NCBI GenBank assembly: GCA_027054335.1
Contig: JALUPA010000539.1
Span: 904-64,903 of the forward strand
Origin: Ardenticatenaceae bacterium
GTDB taxonomy: Bacteria; Chloroflexota; Anaerolineae; Promineifilales; Promineifilaceae
Direction of reading: 5' to 3'
DNA: 64,000 nucleotides
This document shows, in pieces, positions 39,032 to 47,618 of the stretch; the first letter of the stretch is position 1; every line of letters begins with the position of its first letter. The position numbers and the translations under genes were made by a program. The notes beneath the pieces were generated by a model, which was not told the origin of the DNA, searched no databases, and worked only from the letters and a program-made list of their open reading frames with translations.

Positions 39032-39877
39032 ATGTTCAACGCCCAAAGTTTGCTGATTGAGGCGCTTGTCGGGGAATTGCAGACCGCTTACCAGCAAACA
39101 TACAATCTTACAGAACCGCAGTACGCCAACGTCCTGGAATGGACGGGGCGGCTGGCGCTGGAAAATATCGCCAATTCGGACGCGCTGTATCACGACGTGC
39201 ATCACACCATCATGGTTTCGCTGGTAGGGCAGGCCATTCTCAAGGGGAAGCACCTGGCCGAAGGAGGCGTGACGCCGGATGACTGGCTGCATTTTATGAT
39301 CGCCGCTATTTGCCACGACGTGGGTTACGTGCGCGGCGTGTGCCGGTTGGATGGGAACGGCCGTTACGCCACCGGCATTGAGGACGAAACCGTAGAAATC
39401 TCCCCGGACAGCACCGACGCCGCCCTGACGCCATACCACGTAGACCGCAGCCAGCAGTTTGTGCGGGAACGCTTCGGCAACACCGTGCTTGTCAACGTGG
39501 ATGCAGAGCGGATTGCCAACTACATCGAGATGACCCGTTTCCCCGTGCCGGACGAACCATTTTACCGGGACACAGGGGGATATGGCGGCCTGGTGCGGGC
39601 GGCCGACTTCATCGGCCAGTTGGGCGACCCCAACTATTTGCGTAAAGTACCCGCCCTCTTTTACGAATTTGAGGAGACGGGGGAAAACTTGAACACCGGC
39701 TACACCAGTCCGGGACACATGCGGGGCAATTACACCAAGTTCTACTGGAAGGTGGTGCGCCCCCGCATCCAGGATGCCTTGCGCTATCTGCGTAAAACCC
39801 AGGAAGGCCAGCAGTGGATTGCTAATTTACACTCACACGTGTTTGACGTGGAGCATCGGGAAGGACGTGATGCGTGA
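39032..39877 (+). CDS. HD-domain metal-dependent phosphohydrolase-like protein
   Basis: YHDVHHT...AAICHDVGY pattern (H...HD...D). The last four codons CGT GAT GCG TGA come from a GTGATGC-family repeat. Confidence 0.55.
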   Translation: MFNAQSLLIEALVGELQTAYQQTYNLTEPQYANVLEWTGRLALENIANSDALYHDVHHTIMVSLVGQAILKGKHLAEGGVTPDDWLHFMIAAICHDVGYVRGVCRLDGNGRYATGIEDETVEISPDSTDAALTPYHVDRSQQFVRERFGNTVLVNVDAERIANYIEMTRFPVPDEPFYRDTGGYGGLVRAADFIGQLGDPNYLRKVPALFYEFEETGENLNTGYTSPGHMRGNYTKFYWKVVRPRIQDALRYLRKTQEGQQWIANLHSHVFDVEHREGRDA

Positions 39878-40293
39878 AAACGTATTGCGTATTGTGCAAT
39901 CTCCCCGCTCCCCCGCCCTTCACCCTGTCACCTTATCACCTTTGTCATCTCCTTATCACTCTCTTACCATTTTTTTATCAGGCCAACCACGGCCGTATCC
40001 CCTATACTCCTATCATACGCGCGTAAACTTTGCCAGTTTTATTAGTTTCGCAGCCTAAACCTGACTTTCTAGAACAAACAACTTTATACCTTGCCGCTGT
40101 TACGGCCGTAACCTTTTCGTAACGTGCTGGATGGCTTTTCGCGGGCCATAGTCGCTCTCTGGCTGCGCCCCGTGCCCCGGTCTCCTGCCGCGCCAGGAAA
40201 GTGAACCCTGCTGGACACAGCGACCACCGAAATACGTTCCGGGTACCGGCGGGTACAGGCTGCCCCTACAGTAAAAGTATAAGGAGTATTGTC

Positions 40294-40434
40294 GTGTTAC
40301 AAACAACTGTTCGTCACAAAATCGTATTGGTCTTGGCCGCCCTGGCCCTGTTAATCGCTCTGGCCGGCGCTCCCCTTGCCGCCCCCGTCTTCGCCGACTG
40401 CGGTACTAGCGGTTCGACAACCTGTCCTGGATAG
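40294..40434 (+). CDS. small secreted peptide precursor (46 aa) with C-terminal two-Cys tail
   Basis: AAGGAG lies 7 nt before GTG. Signal-peptide-like KIVLVLAALALLIALAGAPLAAPVFA followed by DCGTSGSTTCPG. A strong terminator follows directly. Confidence 0.55.
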   Translation: MLQTTVRHKIVLVLAALALLIALAGAPLAAPVFADCGTSGSTTCPG

Positions 40435-40452
40435 GGTTTACTCTGTCTTCTA

Positions 40453-40487
40453 AGAGGTCAACCAAATCTGGTTGGCCTCTTTTTTTG
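40453..40487 (+). terminator. intrinsic terminator
   Basis: AGAGGTCAACCA-AATC-TGGTTGGCCTCT followed by TTTTTTT. Confidence 0.8.
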
Positions 40488-40520
40488 ATCTTGACAAATT
40501 TACAAGTGTCAAATAGTCCG

Positions 40521-41720
40521 TTAATCAAGTTCACGGAGAAGAGATTCCAAGTAATCTGTAAATTCCACTAAAAGCTTACGCGCCCAGGCATTATCTGAGT
40601 AGCGAGATAAAATAACAATCGCTTCTTCATAATAGATTGTTGCCTCTGCCTGGTTTCCGTATATAGTCAGTAGTTCCGCTAAGGTACCCAGGCTATTTGC
40701 CAGATTTACTTCGTCTCCTATCTGCTGCCACAAAGAAATCGCTTCTTGCAAACACTCTGTAGCTTCACCCATTTCTCCCTTTTTTAGTAACACATTCCCC
40801 AAATTATTTAAAGTAAGTGCTTGCCGCCCAATTTCACCGGAACGAGCCAAAGCCAAAGTGTCAATACGACGAAAGGTAGATTCGGCCTCGACCCATTTCT
40901 CCTGACGATAATACAAATACCCCAAGCTCATCAAAATAAGGGATTTATCTGTTTCATCGTTAACGGGAACCAGTATGGCAGCTGCTTCTTCGTATATAAT
41001 TACCGCCTCTTCATATTGGCCTGCCTCAGTTAATATAAGCCCCAAATCATGAAGCTCACGGGCCAGATGAACTGGCTCATCCAATTGGTAACGCAGTTTT
41101 ACTGCTCGGCGCAGAAATTTTTCTGCTGTTGTCAGATCGCCGCGCTGTCGGGCAGTATTCCCCAAAATTTTGTAAGCAAAAGCCAAGTAGCGTGTGTTGT
41201 CGTCCAGCCGCTCAATTTCCAGAAGGGCCTGGCGGGCCAGCAGTTCCGCTTTATCGTACTGGTGCTGGTTTTTGTACAGTTCGCTCATGCTCAGGTATGC
41301 GGCAATCATCGCTTCAGCGTCGTCGGCTTCGGCAGCCAGGGCGGACGCTTCTTCGTGGGCAGTTTGGGCTGCGGTAAAACGGCGTTCTTTGGCGTAAAGC
41401 TGCCCCAGCCGGTTAAGCAGCCGGGCTTTGAGGCCGGCTGCCGGTGGCGGGGCGTCGGCAATGGCTTTTTCCAGCACAGGTATCCATTCCCGCCACAAGC
41501 CGCGCCACTCCACAAAATCAAAGGACTGCCAGGCCACGACGGCCGTATCCCGCCACGTTTCCGGCCACAGTAAGCCCAGCTGCACCGCCCGAAACAGATT
41601 CCGCTTTCGTTCGTCCAGTCGGGTCAACTGCTCCGACGTCAAATTACCCGTCTCCTTCTGCCAAAAAGCAAGACTGGCCTGCAAACTGCTGATGAAGTCG
41701 GGGTCGGCAGGAGTCAACAT
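40521..41720 (-). CDS. tetratricopeptide-repeat (TPR) protein, probable sensor half of a split STAND protein
   Basis: At least 7 TPR-like 34-40-aa repeats (LGQLYAKERRFTAAQTAHEEA, LGNTARQRGDLTTAEKFLRRA, LGLILTEAGQYEEAVIIYEEA, LGNVLLKKGEMGEATECLQEA ...). Confidence 0.8.
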   Translation of the reverse strand: MLTPADPDFISSLQASLAFWQKETGNLTSEQLTRLDERKRNLFRAVQLGLLWPETWRDTAVVAWQSFDFVEWRGLWREWIPVLEKAIADAPPPAAGLKARLLNRLGQLYAKERRFTAAQTAHEEASALAAEADDAEAMIAAYLSMSELYKNQHQYDKAELLARQALLEIERLDDNTRYLAFAYKILGNTARQRGDLTTAEKFLRRAVKLRYQLDEPVHLARELHDLGLILTEAGQYEEAVIIYEEAAAILVPVNDETDKSLILMSLGYLYYRQEKWVEAESTFRRIDTLALARSGEIGRQALTLNNLGNVLLKKGEMGEATECLQEAISLWQQIGDEVNLANSLGTLAELLTIYGNQAEATIYYEEAIVILSRYSDNAWARKLLVEFTDYLESLLRELD

Positions 41721-41756
41721 AACGTGATGTGTGATGCGTGATGTGTGACTGGGAAA

Positions 41757-43208
41757 TCACGCATTACGCAGTACGTCTTCTTCCTCGTCTAACGGCAAAT
41801 GGATAATTTCCGTCTGTAAAAATGATTTGGTCAGAGGGTGGATGCGGTACTGCTTTTCGTGTAATCCGCCCCGCACTTCCAGCAGGGAGCGCTGGCGCAG
41901 TTCTTCAACGGCCCGCCACATCGTTCCGGAGGAAAGCCGGCTGATCTGCGCCAGATATTCGCTGTCAGCTTCGTCCCCTACTAGGGGCATTGCCTTCAGC
42001 AAACGGCGGGCGTCGTCGCTCAGCGTTTGCCAGGCCTGCCAGTAAATATGCCGGTACATCTCCGCCACTGCCACCGGATGATCTGTTTTCAAACCGGATA
42101 AAATGGCAGGCAGCGGCATCATATCCAGCAGACTGATGACAATTTTGAGTGCCAGCGGATTGCCGCCGGTCAACTGGTAAATGTGGACTATATCTTCATC
42201 CGTTGCTTCGGCCACGGCTTCAATGCCGGTCTCCTGCGCCTGGTAGCGGATGAAAGTGCTGGCGTCAGCCAGAGACAACTCATCTACCGCTGTGGGAAGA
42301 ACATGGGTCTGGCGGCTGATTTGTACGCGCGTGGTCAGTAAAAATTTGGCGGGGTTGGCCAGGTCGTACAAGCTATTCATCAGCATAGCCATGTCCGACG
42401 CCGTTTCCAGATTGTCTATGATAACGAGGCTGGGACGCTCTTTGAGACTGCGGCGCACGGCCGTTAACCGTTGTTCATCCGTTGCCGCAGGAATAGTGGT
42501 GTGTGGATACAATTGGAGCAGTAAATCGGATAATAACGCCTGAAAAGTAGCTTGCGGGGAGGGGGAACGGCCGCTCAACGTTCCCGGCGTTACTTCCAGC
42601 CAATAGATTTCCTCAAAGCGGAGAGTGGGGATAATTTGCCGCGCCACCTTGTCCGCTAACGATGTTTTGCCAATGCCGCCAATCCCCACCAGAGCGACCA
42701 GCCAGGGGTTCTCCGGGGCCAGCAGTTGGGCGTGTACTTTTTCGGCTAATGTTTCCCGGCCAAAAAGGCGGGAATAGGTGGGTGCTTTCAGGCGGGCTTC
42801 CAAACGATGGGTATGTTCGGCGCGGGCAGTGGCTTCTTCGGCCAGGATGATGGCCGCTAACTGACCAATCGCCTTCCGCTGGGCGCGGCTTACGTAATCT
42901 GAACTGACGTTCAGGCGATTGGCCACGAGGAACAGCTTATCCTTGTCAATAAACCGCCAGCGCAAAATGGCGGCGTACTCTTCCTGCTGTTCCGCCAGTT
43001 TATCCAGCGCCTTGTCCAGCACCGCATTGGTCGCCATGCGGCGGTTAGCCTGGTCGGCCGGATTAGGCAGCTCGCGCCGGGCCAACTGAACGATGAGCAG
43101 AGATGCCAATAATTCCTCTGCCGTGCTGTCCTGCTTATGCCACGTCCGTAAAGCGTTATGTACGGCCGTTGGAAATTCCGATTGATTATTCTTTGGGTCA
43201 GTATTCAC
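41757..43208 (-). CDS. HTH (sigma-70 region-4-like) + NB-ARC STAND ATPase
   Basis: N-terminal HTH (ILRWRFIDKDKLFLVANRLNVSSDYVSRAQRKAIGQLA). P-loop GIGGIGKTSLA, Walker B LVIIDNLE and the NB-ARC signature TGGNPLALK, followed by a winged-helix-like end. Confidence 0.8.
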   Translation of the reverse strand: MNTDPKNNQSEFPTAVHNALRTWHKQDSTAEELLASLLIVQLARRELPNPADQANRRMATNAVLDKALDKLAEQQEEYAAILRWRFIDKDKLFLVANRLNVSSDYVSRAQRKAIGQLAAIILAEEATARAEHTHRLEARLKAPTYSRLFGRETLAEKVHAQLLAPENPWLVALVGIGGIGKTSLADKVARQIIPTLRFEEIYWLEVTPGTLSGRSPSPQATFQALLSDLLLQLYPHTTIPAATDEQRLTAVRRSLKERPSLVIIDNLETASDMAMLMNSLYDLANPAKFLLTTRVQISRQTHVLPTAVDELSLADASTFIRYQAQETGIEAVAEATDEDIVHIYQLTGGNPLALKIVISLLDMMPLPAILSGLKTDHPVAVAEMYRHIYWQAWQTLSDDARRLLKAMPLVGDEADSEYLAQISRLSSGTMWRAVEELRQRSLLEVRGGLHEKQYRIHPLTKSFLQTEIIHLPLDEEEDVLRNA

Positions 43209-43608
43209 GCTGCGTTTACTCCCCGGAAAATGTCTGTGCTGAAATAAAGCACACCCTTTTTCTATTTATATCAGATTACCGTTACCGCGACAATCTCCAA
43301 TAAATCGCAGGAAACTGCCGGAAAATGTAGTTTTTTCGCAAGAATGTGACAAAGCAGGTGTCTCCTAATCTGTATAATAAGAATTGCGTCGTTGTCAGTG
43401 TGGTGCCTCACCGATGTGCCAACAATATTTTTACAGGTGGACGAGCACAGGGGAGGTCGCGTTTCATAGGGGGGGAGGCTTTTTTTTATTATACGCCGTA
43501 GAGGAGAAAATACGCCGAGTAATCAATTGTAAAGTGCCGCCCAACGCGCCTCCGAAATTTAATTCTGCGAAGGTGCGGGATTTGTGTTAAAAAAGGAACG
43601 CTGATTAT

Positions 43609-44082
43609 ATGGCGCAGCAGAAGCAACGACAAAATAGCGATACGGCCGTTCTCCTGGCCGCCGGGTTTGATGAAGAAACAGTGGTCACCCTGCTGTGTCA
43701 ATTGCGTGATGCCGGTTTGCCGGTTTCTCTAATCAGTTTGTCGGCGCAGCCCTTGACGGGCACGTATGGCGTCACGCTCTGCCCGGATGAGATTTTGACC
43801 GATCTGCCTAAGGAGACGTATTTTCGCCTGATTGTCATTCCCGGTAACGGCCGTTGCGCCCAATCTTTGCTGATTTCTCCCCGCTTTCATCGCCTTTTGC
43901 AAAATACGCTGGCCGAGGATGGCCACGTAGCGGTGCTGGATACGGCCGTGCCCGCCCTGGACGCTGCCGGCATCCCTCACTATGCCGCCAACCCCAATCG
44001 CTACATCTGTCAACAAAACACCCCCTTAAACGATTTTATAACCCGCCTCACCTATCTCGCAGAAGATCGCGTCCTCGCTTAA
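43609..44082 (+). CDS. DJ-1/PfpI-like (class I glutamine amidotransferase-fold) protein
   Basis: Flavodoxin-like pattern AVLLAAGFDEETVV...GLPVSLISL...LIVIPGNG. No clear nucleophile Cys, so the assignment is tentative. Confidence 0.45.
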   Translation: MAQQKQRQNSDTAVLLAAGFDEETVVTLLCQLRDAGLPVSLISLSAQPLTGTYGVTLCPDEILTDLPKETYFRLIVIPGNGRCAQSLLISPRFHRLLQNTLAEDGHVAVLDTAVPALDAAGIPHYAANPNRYICQQNTPLNDFITRLTYLAEDRVLA

Positions 44083-44163
44083 TCCCCATTTCCCCTGTTT
44101 CCCTGCGCCTCTGCTCCTCAGCCCTCACTTGCCCGCCCCCTTCCTCCCTGCTATCCTCCCCGT

Positions 44164-46038
44164 ATGAATCTTGTCCGCCTGGAAAATGTGACCCATTACT
44201 ACAGTGAACGTACTTTGCTGGATGGCGTCCATCTGCAAATCAATGAGGGCGACCGTATTGGCCTGATTGGCCGGAACGGCAGCGGCAAAACTACCCTCCT
44301 GCGCCTGATTGCCGGGGAAGAAACACCCCGCGCCGGGCAGGTAACAGTCTGGGGCGGCGTGCGCGTCCGCTTTTTGCCGCAAAACCCGCAGCTTGACCCG
44401 GAGATGACGGTGCTGGACACGGTATTCCAAAGCAGTTCACCGTTGATGCGCCTGTTGTATGATTACCAGCAAGCGGCTGATGCGCTGGAAAGAGAGCCGG
44501 AGGATACGGCCGTACAAGCCCAATTCGCTGCCATGACGCAAAAAATGGACGCGGCTGGCGGCTGGACGGCAGAAACCGAAGCCAAAACCATCCTTACCAA
44601 ACTGGGAATTGGCGATTTCGACGCCAAAATCAGCACCCTGAGCGGCGGCCAGAAAAAGCGCGTCGCCCTGGCCTACGCCTTGTTGGACCCCGCCGACCTG
44701 CTCATCCTGGACGAACCAACCAACCACATTGACGCCGACGCCATCGCCTGGCTGGAAAAGTACCTGCTGACCATTCCCTCCGCCCTGCTGATGGTGACGC
44801 ATGATCGCTACTTTCTGGAGCGGGTGGTGAACAAGATTGTGGAACTGGACCGGCGGGAATTGGTGATGTATTCGGGGAATTACGGCCGTTACCTGGAAAA
44901 ACGCGCCCTGCGGGAAGAGCAGCTCCAAACGGCCGAAATCAAACGCCAGGCCCTGTTGCGCCGGGAACTGGAATGGCTGCGGCGCGGTGCAATGGCCCGC
45001 AGTACCAAACAAAAGGCACGTAAACAGCGCGTCGCCGAACTGCAAAAAATCCAGTATGACCGGGGCGACCAGCGGGTAGCCCTGGCTTTGGCCGGCCGCC
45101 GCCTGGGTAAGCGCGTTCTGGAGGCCACCAATCTCAGTAAAAGCTACGGCGACCTGACCCTTTTCCGCGATCTGGACTTCCAACTCAATCCTGGCGACCG
45201 CATCGGCGTCATCGGCCCCAACGGCGCCGGCAAAAGTACCTTCCTGGACGTCCTGGCAGGCAAAACAGAGCCAGACACAGGCAGCATCCAGTGGGGTGAA
45301 ACCGTTCATCTGGGCTACTATGACCAGCAAAGCGCGGGCCTGCGCGAAGATATGCGGGTAATTGATTACATCAATGATGCTGCTCCCCTCATCCGTACCC
45401 AGGACGGGCAGCGGGTGGAAGCAGCGCAAATGCTGGAATGGTTTCTCTTTACCCGGCCGGAACAGCAGGCCAAAATTGGCAGCCTGAGCGGGGGTGAGCG
45501 CCGCCGCCTTTACTTGCTGCGCACCCTCATCCACCAGCCCAACGTCCTCTTCCTGGATGAGCCGACGAATGACCTGGACGTGCAAACGCTGACGGTATTG
45601 GAGCAATTTCTGGATCATTTTCGGGGCTGTCTGGTGGTGGTCAGCCATGATCGTTACTTTTTGGACCGGAACGTGGATTTTCTGATGAGTTTTGAGGCCG
45701 GCGTTCTGGGTACACGCTACCCGACGCCGTATGAGACGTACCGCCGCCTGCGCCAGGAAGCGGCAGCACCCCCGCCGCCAGCCAGGAAGAAAGCAACGAA
45801 AGAGAAACGGCCGTCCGCCCCCCAGCCCCAACTTACCTGGAAACAAAAACGGGAACTGGAAACGCTGGAGAGCCGCATCAGCGATCTGGAAAGGCAAAAA
45901 GCCGCTCTGGAAGAAGCAATTAACCAGAGCGGCCGCGATTATAAAAAATTACAGTCATTGGCGGAGGAACTGACCGCCGTCAAAAAAGAACTGGAAACAA
46001 CCGAACTCCGCTGGCTGGAATTAGCGGAGATTGAATGA
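44164..46038 (+). CDS. ABC-F family ATPase (Uup/EttA-like)
   Basis: Two NBDs (GRNGSGKTT / LSGGQKKR / LILDEP and GPNGAGKST / LSGGERRR / LFLDEP), an inter-domain linker and a C-terminal coiled coil. There is no membrane domain. Confidence 0.9.
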   Translation: MNLVRLENVTHYYSERTLLDGVHLQINEGDRIGLIGRNGSGKTTLLRLIAGEETPRAGQVTVWGGVRVRFLPQNPQLDPEMTVLDTVFQSSSPLMRLLYDYQQAADALEREPEDTAVQAQFAAMTQKMDAAGGWTAETEAKTILTKLGIGDFDAKISTLSGGQKKRVALAYALLDPADLLILDEPTNHIDADAIAWLEKYLLTIPSALLMVTHDRYFLERVVNKIVELDRRELVMYSGNYGRYLEKRALREEQLQTAEIKRQALLRRELEWLRRGAMARSTKQKARKQRVAELQKIQYDRGDQRVALALAGRRLGKRVLEATNLSKSYGDLTLFRDLDFQLNPGDRIGVIGPNGAGKSTFLDVLAGKTEPDTGSIQWGETVHLGYYDQQSAGLREDMRVIDYINDAAPLIRTQDGQRVEAAQMLEWFLFTRPEQQAKIGSLSGGERRRLYLLRTLIHQPNVLFLDEPTNDLDVQTLTVLEQFLDHFRGCLVVVSHDRYFLDRNVDFLMSFEAGVLGTRYPTPYETYRRLRQEAAAPPPPARKKATKEKRPSAPQPQLTWKQKRELETLESRISDLERQKAALEEAINQSGRDYKKLQSLAEELTAVKKELETTELRWLELAEIE

Positions 46039-46049
46039 AGGTGCGTTTT

Positions 46050-46649
46050 TTAGGGCAGGGGCGTACCCACACCATTGGAGCAGGCACCCAGGCGTTCCGG
46101 AGCCGTCGGGCCTCTTTGGTAACGATCAACAAATTCGTTGAGACGGCCGTCAGCCACAGAATCAAGCTCCAACTGCACTTCCCAGGCCGTAGCCACCACC
46201 GGGCTTTTCAAGCCAGGGTACGGGCTGAGGACGATGCTGCTTTCGCTGCGTGTCAGGTCTTGCAAATAGGCCACATCTTCTGCCGGCAAATCAGGCTGAT
46301 AAGTTAACCAAACTGCGCCATGTTCCAAAGAGTGCATGGCGTTTTCGGCAGCGACGGGTGAGGTGTAAATGCCGCAGTTCTGCCAGATGCCCGCGTGTTC
46401 GCCGCCAGCCGGAGGTAATTCTGACATCTCAAGCGGTTCTTGTATATGGCCGCGTGACTGGCGGGCGTAGGTGATCAGGTCTTGAATGGGGGAAGGGCCT
46501 TGCAAGCTGAGGTAGAGCATGTAACCCAGGGCCAAAACACCCAAGACAGCGCCGCCTCCCAAGAGGATGTTGCGCCATTTATGAGAAGTCTGCTGAGCCG
46601 GGCTGCTGCGATAGCCGGGTTTTTTGGAACGTTTTGCTTTTACAGGCAT
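46050..46649 (-). CDS. DUF3105 domain membrane-anchored protein
   Basis: N-terminal TM anchor. PPAGGEHAGIWQNCGIYTSP and HSLEHGAVWLTYQPDLP are hallmarks of DUF3105. Confidence 0.75.
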   Translation of the reverse strand: MPVKAKRSKKPGYRSSPAQQTSHKWRNILLGGGAVLGVLALGYMLYLSLQGPSPIQDLITYARQSRGHIQEPLEMSELPPAGGEHAGIWQNCGIYTSPVAAENAMHSLEHGAVWLTYQPDLPAEDVAYLQDLTRSESSIVLSPYPGLKSPVVATAWEVQLELDSVADGRLNEFVDRYQRGPTAPERLGACSNGVGTPLP

Positions 46650-46784
46650 TTTTTTAATTTCTCCAATAATTTATCTAATTTTTTGCCGGGACAACGGCCG
46701 TCAACGCGGCGCGTAAAGTTTCTTCCGAACGAGATATTTCATAAGCGCCTTATTGATACATTGAAAACTGCCCTTGTAAACTGA

Positions 46785-47402
46785 TTACTGCACCGGCTGG
46801 CCAATGCCGTCAGTGCAACGCGCGCCTGGCTCCGGCCCACGCGCCAGATAGCGCCCCAGGAATTCTTCAATACGCTCATCAGGCAGGGAGTCAATCGTTA
46901 GTTGCTTGCTCCAGGCTGACATGACGACGGTGCTCTCCAGGTCGGGATAAGGACTCATCAAAGCATACCCATTACCCCGCACCATATCTTGTAATTCGGC
47001 CACTTGTTCCGGCGGCAGATCGGGCCGGTAGGCCAGCCAGACCGCACCGTGTTCTAAAGAATGAACGGCTGCGCTGGCGTCTATTGGGCTTGTATAGATG
47101 CCACAATTTTGCCAGTTGGGATTATGCGTCCCGCCGGTAGGCGGCAGATTGGCATTGACAAAAGAAGCGGAACGATCATGGCCGCGCAACAATGTGCCAA
47201 AAGAGAAAACACCCTCCACGTCAGGGCGAGTAAAGCGGTATACGCCTATGCCCACAACAACCAGCACGATGATGGCCAGGGGCAGGCCGATCATCAGTTG
47301 CTTTTTCCGCTTCTCACGAGCGACTTGTTGTTGGCGTAATTCTTTTTTACTTAATTTTTGTTTAGATGAAGCGCTTTTTGAACCCAATATACAATCCTCC
47401 AA
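46785..47402 (-). CDS. DUF3105 domain membrane-anchored protein (paralog)
   Basis: Same motifs as the neighbouring paralog (PPTGGTHNPNWQNCGIYTSP, HSLEHGAVWLAYRPDLP). Confidence 0.75.
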   Translation of the reverse strand: MEDCILGSKSASSKQKLSKKELRQQQVAREKRKKQLMIGLPLAIIVLVVVGIGVYRFTRPDVEGVFSFGTLLRGHDRSASFVNANLPPTGGTHNPNWQNCGIYTSPIDASAAVHSLEHGAVWLAYRPDLPPEQVAELQDMVRGNGYALMSPYPDLESTVVMSAWSKQLTIDSLPDERIEEFLGRYLARGPEPGARCTDGIGQPVQ

Positions 47403-47580
47403 TACAAAATTATCCGCTTTTGCCAGTTAAGAATCGGTAAGGCAGCTTACTCACGTAATCTTCCCGGAAGCGGGAAAATTCAGCCGGAATGAGGTTAACA
47501 AAAGCTGTTTACCGGTGACAGAGCTATTCTGCTCGAAAAAAACAGGCCATTTGGCGGGGCTGCCGAGGGCCAGGATATAA

Positions 47581-47610
47581 GGGGATGAGGGGCAGCGCCG
47601 CCTCATCCCC
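47581..47610 (-). terminator. hairpin after the copB stop
   Basis: GGGGATGAGG-(10 nt)-CCTCATCCCC, 9 nt beyond the P-type ATPase stop. Confidence 0.5.
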
Positions 47611-47618
47611 TACTCTTT

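Noticed and set aside
43209-43608. 400-nt gene-free region upstream of the NB-ARC gene, examined for tRNA/ncRNA and small ORFs (for example 43384-43590)
   Set aside because: There is no cloverleaf or T-loop motif, no convincing stem-loops and no RBS-supported ORF. It is most simply a divergent promoter region.
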